Source: Candidatus Latescibacterota bacterium (GTDB taxonomy: Bacteria > Latescibacterota > UBA2968 > UBA8231). From it: DNA of 64,000 nt. The notes below the pieces were generated by a model. That model did no database searches. It worked only from the letters and a program-made list of their open reading frames with translations, and was not told the origin of the DNA. Each line of letters begins with the position of its first letter. Position 1 is the first letter of the stretch. Position numbers and translations under genes: made by a program. The stretch spans positions 4,544,001-4,608,000 of the forward strand of contig OZ244561.1 in NCBI GenBank assembly GCA_965217585.1, in the 5' to 3' direction. Shown here one piece after another: positions 9,795-19,540 of the stretch.

Positions 9795-10103
9795 ATGACT
9801 AATGTTGACAAAAACGTCGAAATTAACTTGCCCCTCGAAAATCTCATTGACACTCTCTGCAAACTGCCCCCTGACACTCTGAGGGAAGTCAAACGAAGGC
9901 TTGAAAGGCAACTCCAAGAATCTGATCGGTCTCAAGGGCCGTTGGATGACCTCCATGAGGACGACTTGTGGGGCTTGGAATGGAGTCGAGAAAGTGCCGA
10001 CGACGCGGAGGCTCCGGCCTCGATGGAGGAAGTGCTCAGAATCACATCTAAGTTCAAAGGGTCCATGGCAAAGATCGTGCGTGAAGAACGAGATGAACGA
10101 TAA
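9795..10103 (+). CDS. Small protein, probable type II antitoxin
   Basis: GGAG RBS; ends SMEEVLRITSKFKGSMAKIVREERDER, a C-terminus typical of VapB-like antitoxins; overlapping downstream ATG (MNDNAF...) does not lead into a recognisable toxin. Confidence 0.55.
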   Translation: MTNVDKNVEINLPLENLIDTLCKLPPDTLREVKRRLERQLQESDRSQGPLDDLHEDDLWGLEWSRESADDAEAPASMEEVLRITSKFKGSMAKIVREERDER

Positions 10104-10138
10104 TGCTTTCTGTTGCTTGATACGCGGGGTAAGAACAA

Positions 10139-10816
10139 CTAAAGCTTCAGAAAGTGTTTGGCGGCAGCCATGCTGGGGGCATACTCTAAGTCAAGATCAC
10201 TGAATTCATCCTTAATGTCAGCCCGAATTATTGCCTTATTAGGTTCCGCGTAATCTTTCTTGTTAGAAGATACAAACACTATTGGAGTCGTTATACCGTC
10301 GCTGCGAAGTTGGCGAACGCGTTCGAGATATGTCTCCAAGATTACGCAGTCTTTCATGTTGCCCTTCCCCCTTCGAGCCGGAGCGAGTGCCCTATTGACT
10401 CGATCAAACGCGCGTTCGAGGATTTGCGAGGGTTGAGGCACTGGAGTGCCGGCCTTCAACCAGCGCTCTGCCACCTTACGACATCGATTCTCGTGATTGT
10501 TCAAATGACTTAAATCGACTTCACCCGGCGATTCATACAGCGTAGACAACTCATCAAGCTTGGACACCTGATCTCGAAATTTTGCAAGTGAAGTCTTGGC
10601 TTCCTCATGAACGACATCTACCGTGTCGCAAAACTCCTTACGCACCTGTTCGGCAATAAGGGCTGTAAGCCTTTTACCACTCTCTACCTCGGGCAAGAGC
10701 TCCAAAGATGCGGCCTGATCGAGTACGCGAATATCGTCTCTCGCAGGGTCGCGCATAATGTCCAGAATTACACATGTGTCTAAGCACAAGAATCGCGTGT
10801 CTAACATTGTCGTCAC
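10139..10816 (-). CDS. PIN-like domain protein
   Basis: CLDTCVILD, MKDCVILE and VFVSSNKKDY acidic PIN motifs. Confidence 0.8.
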   Translation of the reverse strand: MTTMLDTRFLCLDTCVILDIMRDPARDDIRVLDQAASLELLPEVESGKRLTALIAEQVRKEFCDTVDVVHEEAKTSLAKFRDQVSKLDELSTLYESPGEVDLSHLNNHENRCRKVAERWLKAGTPVPQPSQILERAFDRVNRALAPARRGKGNMKDCVILETYLERVRQLRSDGITTPIVFVSSNKKDYAEPNKAIIRADIKDEFSDLDLEYAPSMAAAKHFLKL

Positions 10817-11463
10817 GAGAGATCATATGTATTCAACAAACCTATCCCGAATTCATATTGACCAACAAGATCCTCAGCGACATCGGATGGCCATTCTTCT
10901 ACTTCGGTCAACCACGTAAGCAATGACTCAGCATCAAGTTCACCGTTAGCCTTATAGGCAGCAATCAGAAACCTAAACCACTGGTCTTGGTCTGAGGGGT
11001 GGCTAGATCCGGTAGATTTGTTCGCCCCCATAGAGAAGCTGTGGAGAGCAGCGGCGGCTTCTTGGGATATCCAATCCGTAATAGGTCGCTTGCGTTTTGT
11101 AACCTCTACACAAAATTCGGGATCATTCGATACGACGGGCTCTACAATTTGAACCCTAAAGTCGTTTAGCACATCATTGTACTCTGAGGTACTAAGTTGT
11201 ATAGTCGCCAGAGGTAAAATATTTGAAACTTTGTACCCATCTGATTCCGGCCAAAGCGTCAGGATAGAAGCAGCAATACTGCCTCCAGGCATGTGCTCGA
11301 ACGCCATGCAGCCTTCGGGAAGTCTTTCCTCTGTGTCTTCTGCAAGACGCCACGGAGACTTCGCCTGCGCGATAAGAGCTCGGCGAAGTTCATCTCGGCG
11401 TCTATAGGGACATCTTAGAAACAAATCTTGGAAAACCTCAATGGATTCGATTCTCTCTGGCAT
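10813..11463 (-). CDS. Hypothetical protein, translationally coupled to the PIN gene
   Basis: 216-aa ORF, GAGGAG RBS, GTGA overlap with the PIN gene; motif ANKSTGSSHPSDQDQWFRF. Confidence 0.75.
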   Translation of the reverse strand: MPERIESIEVFQDLFLRCPYRRRDELRRALIAQAKSPWRLAEDTEERLPEGCMAFEHMPGGSIAASILTLWPESDGYKVSNILPLATIQLSTSEYNDVLNDFRVQIVEPVVSNDPEFCVEVTKRKRPITDWISQEAAAALHSFSMGANKSTGSSHPSDQDQWFRFLIAAYKANGELDAESLLTWLTEVEEWPSDVAEDLVGQYEFGIGLLNTYDLS

Positions 11464-11586
11464 GATTTCGCTCCTCGCTTTCTTTAGTAGAGTCTTGAAT
11501 TAAAAGATACTTGCCACTTGCTGCTAATACAATCCCCTCAGTTTGCTGTGCCACGTCCGTAAGCTGCACGGACAAAACCCACGCTC

Positions 11587-13306
11587 TTAGCGCAAAAAGA
11601 GCAACTTGCGCGTCAATTCTACTCCTTCGGTCTCTAAGCGATAGAGATACACGCCGCTGGCCACGACGTGGCCGCTGTGGTCGCGGCCATCCCAAGCGGC
11701 TTCGCCGTACCCGGCCGCGACTTGGCCGGTGGTGAGGGTGCGCACCTTCTGCCCGTGGAGATTGTAGATGTGTAGGGCGGCGGGCGCGGAGTCGGGCGCG
11801 AGAAAGGGCAAGATCGTGCCCGCATTGAAGGGGTTGGGGTAGTTGGGCAAGAGGGACCAGCTAACCGGGGTCGAGCCAGTGGTCGCTTCTATGGCCGTGG
11901 GGAGGGCGCGGATGACCTGGGGCGGGCCAGAGGTGGTTAGCTGCTCGATGACCGCGGCGGCCGGCTGGCCGACGAGCGGGAGCGGACCAATGCCGCCGGC
12001 AAAGGGGCGGGAGCGGAACTCGCGGCCGTCGGACAGGGTGATAATCAACTCCCATTCCTCCTCGGGCCGAGGGTCCGCCAAGTCGACGGCGCAGTCCATC
12101 CGGATGTCGGCCGAGCGGACATTGCTGACGTCGGGCAGATCGGGATTGTAGGCGAACAGGGGATCGCGGGTCATCTCGTCGGCCGAAAGGGTGGTGTAGA
12201 GCCGAGTGAGATAGGGCTTTTCCTCTACGAGCTGTCGTACGCTTTCCAGCGGCTCGACCACGATGCGCTGTAAGTCAGCGGCAAAGGCGTTGGCGTCAAA
12301 GGCGAAGTCGGCGAGATAGCGGTCATAGGCACGCATGTTGTTGTAGAAGGAGCGTTCGGCGACGTCTTGGAGCCGGCCTTCCTCCCGCGCTTGCTCATAG
12401 GCTTCGCGGTCGCCAGCAAACATCACTTCGAGCACCCCTTCTTCAAGCACGGCTGGTGGCATGGGAATGTGGCGGCGGATCAGGGTCTGCATCTGCGCGT
12501 CGTCGGGGAAACCCTGCACGAAGGCTGCGTTGAGAAAATCGGCAGGGTGATCCTGCTGGCGCAATTGCGCTAGGTCGAAGTCCCACCAGAAAAAGTTGCG
12601 GACGATCTGGCTGGGACCAGCGTAGTCGGTGACAAACGCTTGGCCTCCGGCCTCGTTTGCGGCTTGGGTGACGACCTGTTGATAGTTGAAGCCGCCGTTG
12701 AACCAATCAATGAGGGCTTCGTTGATCTGCACGTGCCGGTAGTTGGTAGGGACGGCGCGGTACTCGCCCAAGATATATGCGAAGATGCCTAGGTCCGGCT
12801 CGGTGGCTACGGCGGTGAGGCGGATGGGGATGCCGGGCGCGTCGGCCGCATAGGTTACGGCGATGGGCTGCAGGTCGCCGACATCGCGGTCTGGCGCGAG
12901 CTTGAGCGCCAAGAAGTAGAAGCCCTCTTCCACGTAGGGCGTCAAAAGCTCAACCCCCAGTTCGCCGAGCTGGTAGCCGTTGTCCACGAGCCAATCGACA
13001 ATGGCTTGGGCGTCGTCCGAGGAAACGACCGCGGTGTCGTAGGGGCCGACCTGTTCTTGGGCGACCACTGCTATGTGACCGTAGCTTTCCGTGGTTTCAG
13101 CGCAGCCTAAGCAGAGCCCTGGGAAAATGACATCAAATAAATCGAAGAAGAGGTAGCAGCTATCCCCAAACTCCTCAAAGTTTATTTCAAAGACGGGCTG
13201 GGTAGCAAATTGTAGCAGGGCGAAAATTTGGTTGTGGCTGACGGCGAGTTCGGGCACCGCCGGCAGGGGTAGTATCCACGCAAAGTCCGCGGCCGCGCCG
13301 CTGTAT
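11587..13306 (-). pseudogene. DUF2330-like protein with C-terminal FlgD-Ig/secretion-type domain, 5'-truncated
   Basis: YSGAAADFAWILPLPAVP, VGPYD, IPIRLTAVA motifs; C-terminal NYPNPFN...WDGRD...SGVYLYRL; homology starts abruptly at the upstream gene's stop with no signal peptide or start. Confidence 0.7.
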
Positions 13307-14995
13307 TTAGTACGACCGCGTCGTCCGCCCCAGCTCCTCGGCCTCAATCCACTGCCGCAACACGGCACCAGAGCGCGCCAGCAGCGCTCGATAGGGTCGC
13401 CCCAACGCCTTGTTTTTTGGGTTTTTTCCCGACTGCCGGGGCACGGCGTTGAACCGTCCCCGCACCTCGACGATGTTGCGGCTCGGATTGTGCATGGCGA
13501 TCGTCAATACCCGGGCGCTGTGGCCCTCCGCATCGACCTGCATGGACCACACCGACTTGCTGCCCCGCCGACAGTTGGACACATAGGAGGCGACGCAGTG
13601 GTTCATCGCCCGTCCTTCGAGCGTGAGCTCCTTTTTGGAATTAAGCTCGCGGATGGTCCAGCGCAGCCCTTCTTCTTTGTCGTCCATCCACTCAAAGTTA
13701 GCTATGCCCGACGACTCCCAACTTCCTGAGGGCTGGCGGTTATCGCGGGCTAAGCGTTCGTGCCACTCCTCAACTTGGCGCAGGAGCTTGACCGCGCTGC
13801 GGCCCTTCATGGTGTAGCTAGGTTGCGGCGGCTCGCCCTCCTCTGTGGGGACGTACTTCTGGTGGTTTATATAATCGACGATGGGTCCCACCATATCCGG
13901 GTCGAGCATGGGGTTTTCCACGAAAAAGAGTACCACTGTGCTCCAGAAGGATTCGTCGGCAAAACTGCGGCCCAATTCCGTGGCTATCACGGCCTGGGCT
14001 AGCACCTCGCTGCCTTCCTGACCCACCACTTGTGCCCAGCGCAGGGCCTCGGTCGCCGTCAGTTCGCCCGGTGCCTCGGTAAAGACGTGCGCCATGCGCT
14101 TGGAGAGCACCAGCGGCAGGTCGGCCGTGCGGATGTTCTGCCCGCTGCCCACGTGGACGAACCACCCCTGCTGGCGTTGGGCCTCTTGGTCCCAGCCACC
14201 GAACCACGCCGAATCCAAGCAGGTCGGCACGTCGTAGCGGGCCAATAAAAACCGCGTCAGCGAGGCGAATTGCCGCCGGGGGTTGCGGCTATCTGGCTTC
14301 CACTCGGCTGGTGACTGCTGCCAAGCGTCGCTGTGCCGCGCCAATGCACCGAGGGCCTCGACGAAGGTATTGCCCTCCACCCGCCCCAAGCGCTGGAGAG
14401 TTGGTCGCGCGTCGAGGAGGTTGGGCGCTCGCTTCTCTACGTGCAGGAGCAAATCCCGTAGCTGTGCCCGCTGGTCGCCCGCCAATCCCGCAAAGGCCCG
14501 ATGGATCAGGCGCAGGACCTCAGTGCGCAGCTCTTCCTCGGCGATGGCTCCGGCCCAGAGCTGGTGGACGAGGTCTTTGGTGCGCCGGCTGTGCTTGCGG
14601 CCCGTTTGCAGGGCTTGGGTGCTCTGGAACTGCTGGTGGAGCTTGAGTTCCTTGGTGCGCTGGGCGGCGCTTTTGTGGATGGCGTCGCCGAGTCCCTGTT
14701 GCCGGCACCACGTCTGATAGGCGGCCACCCCGTCTAACCCTAGCTGCGCGACGTGTTGTTGAAAGGCACCTTCGGCTTGGGCGGCCTGTTGGTCGCGCTG
14801 ATGAGCCGCGCGCTCTTGTCGCCGCTCTTGCCAAGTTTTGCTCAGGGCCGCGCTAAATCCGTGTTGGCGGCACCAGACCTTATAGGCTTCGATGGCCTCT
14901 AAGCCTAGCGATTCCATGTGCGCGCCCAACTCGGCATTGGCGCGCGCGGTGGCACCCCGGCGTCGGCTCTTTTTGCGCTTGAGTTGTTTAGCCAT
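13307..14995 (-). CDS. PcfJ-like domain protein
   Basis: C-terminal IRELNSKKELTLEGRAMNHCVASY PcfJ-type motif; start overlaps the upstream dehydratase stop. Confidence 0.8.
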   Translation of the reverse strand: MAKQLKRKKSRRRGATARANAELGAHMESLGLEAIEAYKVWCRQHGFSAALSKTWQERRQERAAHQRDQQAAQAEGAFQQHVAQLGLDGVAAYQTWCRQQGLGDAIHKSAAQRTKELKLHQQFQSTQALQTGRKHSRRTKDLVHQLWAGAIAEEELRTEVLRLIHRAFAGLAGDQRAQLRDLLLHVEKRAPNLLDARPTLQRLGRVEGNTFVEALGALARHSDAWQQSPAEWKPDSRNPRRQFASLTRFLLARYDVPTCLDSAWFGGWDQEAQRQQGWFVHVGSGQNIRTADLPLVLSKRMAHVFTEAPGELTATEALRWAQVVGQEGSEVLAQAVIATELGRSFADESFWSTVVLFFVENPMLDPDMVGPIVDYINHQKYVPTEEGEPPQPSYTMKGRSAVKLLRQVEEWHERLARDNRQPSGSWESSGIANFEWMDDKEEGLRWTIRELNSKKELTLEGRAMNHCVASYVSNCRRGSKSVWSMQVDAEGHSARVLTIAMHNPSRNIVEVRGRFNAVPRQSGKNPKNKALGRPYRALLARSGAVLRQWIEAEELGRTTRSY

Positions 14996-15959
14996 TTTGC
15001 AAAATCCGCGCCAAGTGATCGGCGGGCGCGTTTCCGCCGCTGATGATGCCAACTACTTTCTTGCCGGCCAAGGAATCGCGAATCTTCAAGGCCGCGGCTA
15101 ATGATGCGGCTCCGGCTCCTTCGGCCACCAGCTTGGCCTCCCGCGCCAATAGGCCAATAGCCGCGTCGATCTCCTCGTCGGAGACGAGTTCAAAGCGATC
15201 TACGAGTTCCCACATCATGCGCGTGGTCGTCTCAAAGGGTACGCGCGTGGCTAGCCCCTCGTGCCGCGTGGCCATAGGGGCCGCCACGTCGAGCTGCCGT
15301 TGCTGCCAGGCCCGGTGGCAGACGGGAGCGCTCTCGCTTTGCACGCCGATGATCTCGACGGCTGGGTTTAGGTGGCGCGCTACGAGCGCGATGCCGCAGA
15401 TGCCGCTGCCGCCGCCTACGGGCACGATCAGCGCGGCGACATCGGGCAGGTCGGCAAAAATCTCCAAGCCCATGGTGCCCACGCCGGCGATTAGATGCGG
15501 TTCGTTAGCCGAATGCACGTAGCGGTAGCCCTCGCCCCGTGCCACGCGCTCGACTTCCTCTCTCGCCTCGTCGAAGTCGCGGCCGAAGAGCCGGACTTCG
15601 GCACCGAGGGCGCGCATGGCCGCGACTTTGGCCGGGTTGCTGGCACGTTCCGGCCCGTAGATAACCACCGGCACGCCAAAGATCCTGCCGGCGTAGGCTA
15701 GCGACTGGCCGTGATTGCCAGTGCTGGCGCTGATGACGCCTCGCTGTCGCTCCGAGGCGTCTAAACGCCCGAGCAGATTGACGCCGCCGCGGACCTTAAA
15801 GGCCCCGGTAGGCTGCAAGTTTTCGCACTTGGCATAGTACTGGCAGCCCAGCAGTTGCGACAACTTCCAGCAATGGACCAGCGGCGTCGGCGCAAGATGC
15901 GCTCCGACTAGGCCTTGTGCCGCTTCTACGTCGGCGAACGTAGGTAGATTTGCAGTCAT
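14988..15959 (-). CDS. PLP-dependent threonine/serine dehydratase family
   Basis: KCENLQPTGAFKVRG, SASTGNHG, VPVGGGSG, SGGN. Confidence 0.92.
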   Translation of the reverse strand: MTANLPTFADVEAAQGLVGAHLAPTPLVHCWKLSQLLGCQYYAKCENLQPTGAFKVRGGVNLLGRLDASERQRGVISASTGNHGQSLAYAGRIFGVPVVIYGPERASNPAKVAAMRALGAEVRLFGRDFDEAREEVERVARGEGYRYVHSANEPHLIAGVGTMGLEIFADLPDVAALIVPVGGGSGICGIALVARHLNPAVEIIGVQSESAPVCHRAWQQRQLDVAAPMATRHEGLATRVPFETTTRMMWELVDRFELVSDEEIDAAIGLLAREAKLVAEGAGAASLAAALKIRDSLAGKKVVGIISGGNAPADHLARILQNG

Positions 15960-16102
15960 AATCGCTCCTAGGGTAAAAAAACCTAGCCCGCAAGCTGCAC
16001 TGTAGCAAGTAGAGGCCGCCCTATGCAGGCATAGCAACTAGTTGCCCTAATCCTGCTCTCTTGCTATGCTCCCCACACTTGCTACGAAGGGAGGGGTAGC
16101 GC

Positions 16103-16951
16103 GTGAGCACCGAAGTTTGGGGGCTGGTATTGACGGCGGCAGTCGGGCACGCCTTGTGGAACTTCGCCGCCCGCAAAGCCGCTGGCGATGCGGCAGTAAT
16201 TTGGCTCTCCGTAGCTGTTGGTACGCTAGTCGCTGTCCTGCTTTGCGCGTACACTTGGTGGCAGGGCGCACCGCCGACTCTGTCGTGGCCAGGCGGCCTT
16301 TGCCTCGTGGCCACGGGCATTATTCACGGGCTGTACTTCGCCCTGCTGGCCGAGGCTTACGAGCACGGCGAAATCTCCCTCGTCTATCCGGTCGCACGTG
16401 GGTCGGGCGTGGGGCTAACGGCCCTAGCTGCGTGGCTGGTCTTGGGCGAAGACATTTCGCTGTTGGGTGCCAGCGGCATCGCCTTGGTCTTGGCGGGGAT
16501 TTTCTGCTTGGGTGCCCCAGCCCTCAAGCACCAGACACGCGGCTTGCAGCTCGCCTTGGGCGTGGGGCTGACGATTACCTGCTACTCGCTGGTGGATAAA
16601 ATAGGCGTCGGCTACGTGCAACCGCTCCACTATATCACCGGCATGTGGCTGATCAGCACCCTCGTGTGCTCGCCTTGGGTCGTGCGCCGGTACGGGGCAG
16701 GGTTGCTGACGACAGCCCGCGTCCGTTGGCAGACTATCGCCTTGATCGGCGTCGCCTCGCTGGGCACTTATTTCCTGATTCTCTACGCCTACACCCAAGG
16801 CCCAGTTGGCTACATCGTCGCTGTGCGCGAGTCCTCGGTAGTACTCGGGGCACTCCTTGGTTGGTGCTTTCTGCAAGAACGGCTCACTCTGCTCAAGGCG
16901 ACCGGCATCCTCGCCATCGTCGGGGGTTTGGTGCTTATTAAGGCCAGTTGA
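16103..16951 (+). CDS. EamA/DMT family transporter
   Basis: Multiple hydrophobic segments; HALWN, SLVYPVARG, AVRESSV. Confidence 0.9.
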   Translation: MSTEVWGLVLTAAVGHALWNFAARKAAGDAAVIWLSVAVGTLVAVLLCAYTWWQGAPPTLSWPGGLCLVATGIIHGLYFALLAEAYEHGEISLVYPVARGSGVGLTALAAWLVLGEDISLLGASGIALVLAGIFCLGAPALKHQTRGLQLALGVGLTITCYSLVDKIGVGYVQPLHYITGMWLISTLVCSPWVVRRYGAGLLTTARVRWQTIALIGVASLGTYFLILYAYTQGPVGYIVAVRESSVVLGALLGWCFLQERLTLLKATGILAIVGGLVLIKAS

Positions 16952-16952
16952 C

Positions 16953-17525
16953 ATGGAACCACGCATCTTCCCCATCTACCCGCCGTCTGCCGCCCTGTTC
17001 GGCAAAGTGCTGGCCGCATCTTTTGCTGTGATTACCGCCTTTTTCGCCGTGCTGACCCTCGCGCTCTACGCGGCCATTGACCCGGACGGCCCGGTCGCCC
17101 GCATCGCCGCGCCCGTGGCCTTGGGTTCGTCTTGTGTGCTGATGCTGTTCATATTTTTTTCGGTTTTCACTTGGTTTTACTTGAGCGCCCGCCGCACGGA
17201 TTTCGTCTTGCTAGAGGGGCATCTGCTCATCCGCAACAGCGCCCACGGCAAGCACTTCACCTATGACGAGCTAAAGGTGGAGGAGGCCCGCGTCGTCGAT
17301 TTGCCGGCCGCGCCCCAATACCGGCCCGGGGGCAAAATTTTTGCCATCAGCGCGTTCTTTTTTTACGGCGGGGCGTTTTATCTGCGCAGCGGGGAGAAGG
17401 CGCACGTGTTCTACACGGGTGCGCCGCGCGCTGTGTACATTCCAACGCACGGCCCCCATGCCCTCTTGCTCGGCCCGGTCGATCCAGCCGTCTTTTTGCA
17501 CGCTTTGCGAGAAGCGGTGCAGTAG
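16953..17525 (+). CDS. Membrane protein with bacterial PH-like domain
   Basis: Two TM segments then G-F-LRSGEKA...VYIPT...LLL pattern. Confidence 0.65.
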   Translation: MEPRIFPIYPPSAALFGKVLAASFAVITAFFAVLTLALYAAIDPDGPVARIAAPVALGSSCVLMLFIFFSVFTWFYLSARRTDFVLLEGHLLIRNSAHGKHFTYDELKVEEARVVDLPAAPQYRPGGKIFAISAFFFYGGAFYLRSGEKAHVFYTGAPRAVYIPTHGPHALLLGPVDPAVFLHALREAVQ

Positions 17526-17549
17526 GGGCGACCGGCCGGTCGCCCCTAC
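17522..17549. repeat. GTAG-type REP palindrome GTAGGGGCGACCGGCCGGTCGCCCCTAC
   Basis: Perfect 28-bp palindrome; identical copy at 35599-35626. Confidence 0.9.
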
Positions 17550-17577
17550 CTTCTAACACCTTTTGGAGGAGATTTTC

Positions 17578-18588
17578 ATGGCCTATCACGTATATGTTTC
17601 AAACTCGGGTAGCAACTTTTTATCGCATTTCCTGATGGACGAAGACACCGGCGCGTTAGAGCCGCAGCCCAATGTCGAGTTGGAGGACTCCCCTGGGGCG
17701 GTGGCCACGCGCCCAGACGGGACCCAGATGTTCGTGGCCCTGCGCTCGGCCCAAAAACTGGCTAGCTATGCGGTCGATGGGGAGAAGGGGACGCTGGTCA
17801 AGCTGGCGGAGACGAGCCTAGAAGAAGGCCCGCCCTATCTGTTTTTGGACAACACCGGTGCCTTTTTGTTGTCGTCCTATTATGGGTCAGGTCAGGTCGC
17901 CGTGCACGGCGTGGCTGTGGACGGCGCACTCTCGGCCGAGCCGCTGCAAACGATCCCCACCGCAGTACGCGCCCACAGCATCCAAACCGACCGTGCGAAC
18001 CGCTTTGCCTTTGTGCCGCACACCAACCCAGCCAACGCGATATTTCAGTTTCGCTTTGACGAGCAAACCGGGCAGCTGACGCCCAACGACCCGCCCAAGA
18101 TAGAACCGGCCACGCCCGAAGGCCCGCGCCACTTTGCCTTCCACCCGACTCGCGACCTGCTCTATTCGATCAACGAAAACGGCAGCACGGCTTCGGCTCA
18201 CCACTTCGACCCGGAGGCCGGGACGCTGTCGTCGTTTCAGGTTATCTCGACCTTGCCGGAGGGGTTTGCCCGCGATGACAACACGACAGCCGAAATAAAG
18301 ATCACGCCCGACGGCCAGTTTCTCTACGGGTCCAACCGCGGCCACGATTCCTTGGCCCTCTTTGCCATTGGCGACGATGGGCGGCTGACGGCCAAAGGGC
18401 ACTACCCGACTGAGGCCACACCTCGCTTTTTCGAGCTGGATCCGAGTGGCCGCTTTGTCTGTTCGGCTGGTCAGGGATCGGGACGGATGACCTCGTACCG
18501 CATTGACGCCACTACTGGTGCGCTGACGCCCTTGGAGCAACACGAAGTAGGGGATAGCCCGCTGTGGATCACCTTCGTCAAACGGTAG
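17578..18588 (+). CDS. Lactonase family (6-phosphogluconolactonase-like beta-propeller)
   Basis: GPRHFAFHP, LYGSNRGHDSL, TPRFF; GGAGGAG RBS. Confidence 0.9.
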   Translation: MAYHVYVSNSGSNFLSHFLMDEDTGALEPQPNVELEDSPGAVATRPDGTQMFVALRSAQKLASYAVDGEKGTLVKLAETSLEEGPPYLFLDNTGAFLLSSYYGSGQVAVHGVAVDGALSAEPLQTIPTAVRAHSIQTDRANRFAFVPHTNPANAIFQFRFDEQTGQLTPNDPPKIEPATPEGPRHFAFHPTRDLLYSINENGSTASAHHFDPEAGTLSSFQVISTLPEGFARDDNTTAEIKITPDGQFLYGSNRGHDSLALFAIGDDGRLTAKGHYPTEATPRFFELDPSGRFVCSAGQGSGRMTSYRIDATTGALTPLEQHEVGDSPLWITFVKR

Positions 18589-18605
18589 AGGCGGTTGCGA
18601 AATAG

Positions 18606-18633
18606 GTAGGGGCGGTTTGCGAACCGCCCCTAC
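18606..18633. repeat. GTAG-type REP variant GTAGGGGCGGTTTGCGAACCGCCCCTAC
   Basis: Hairpin right after the lactonase stop. Confidence 0.85.
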
Positions 18634-18795
18634 CTAGCCGATTCTGACGCACTGCGACAATTCTGACGCTTGTCGTGGTTCCGGTGGTTTACTCATTGGT
18701 GTGTGGTCGGGTGCGGCCGTAAGATGGGCGCGGATTCCGAAAGATAGATTAGGGTACTGAGCCATCAATGCTTGCGAGCCGTCCAAGCAATGTTA

Positions 18796-18811
18796 TCTTT
18801 ACTAGTAAAGA
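18796..18811. promoter_or_regulatory. Probable TA autoregulatory operator TCTTTACTAGTAAAGA
   Basis: Perfect 16-bp palindrome about 50 bp upstream of the AbrB-type antitoxin. Confidence 0.6.
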
Positions 18812-18858
18812 ATGTAAAGACCTTTGCTTTCTTTACCTCTACCCAAGCCAATCCACTT

Positions 18859-19080
18859 ATGGACCCGATCAGAATTAGCACGATCTCATCCAAAGGCCAG
18901 ACCACGGTGCCCGTGGCCATTCGCCGTTCGCTGGATCTACATCCGGGAGACGCCATCGCCTATCGAGTAGAAGGCGATAAGGTCAGCATCCACAAAGCCG
19001 CAAAAATCGACTTAGAGTGGGTCAAGGCTCTCGAACAAACCCTGGCGGAGTGGCAGGACGAGGAAGACGATGATCTGTAG
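18859..19080 (+). CDS. AbrB/MazE-family antitoxin
   Basis: TISSKGQTTVPVAIRRSLDLHPGD. Confidence 0.9.
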   Translation: MDPIRISTISSKGQTTVPVAIRRSLDLHPGDAIAYRVEGDKVSIHKAAKIDLEWVKALEQTLAEWQDEEDDDL

Positions 19081-19405
19081 CCGCTTTGACATCGTTGATG
19101 TGCCTTTCCCGTTCAGCGATGTGCCCTACGCCAAACGCCGCAAGGCCCTGGTACTGTCCGACGCTGTTTTTAACCAGAAAAACGCCTCCAGCCTGCTTAT
19201 GATGATCACCAGCGCCGCCCGCAGTGCTTGGCATCTCGATGTGTCGCTCGAGCAGTGGAGCCAAGCCGGCTTGCGCAAACCCTGTCTCGCCCGGATGAAG
19301 CTGTTCACGTTGGACAACGGACTCATCCTCGGTACGGTGGGGCGCTTGACAGCGGAAGACCAGCAGAGGGTAACTCAGGCACTGCGAGCGGCACTGCCCT
19401 GCTGA
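19070..19405 (+). CDS. PemK/MazF-family toxin
   Basis: DIVDVPFPFSD...KRRKALVLS...MITS; overlaps the antitoxin. Confidence 0.9.
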   Translation: MICSRFDIVDVPFPFSDVPYAKRRKALVLSDAVFNQKNASSLLMMITSAARSAWHLDVSLEQWSQAGLRKPCLARMKLFTLDNGLILGTVGRLTAEDQQRVTQALRAALPC

Positions 19406-19540
19406 CTTAGACCCCAGACCACCCAACCGCAGCGCCTTTTGCGGATTCGTTAATCCTTTACGCCGGGTTCCAGCACCAATCCCATCTCGTGTCAGACGGC
19501 TGTCCGCACCGATGCTCACCCGGTGCCAGCCGGTCGGAGA

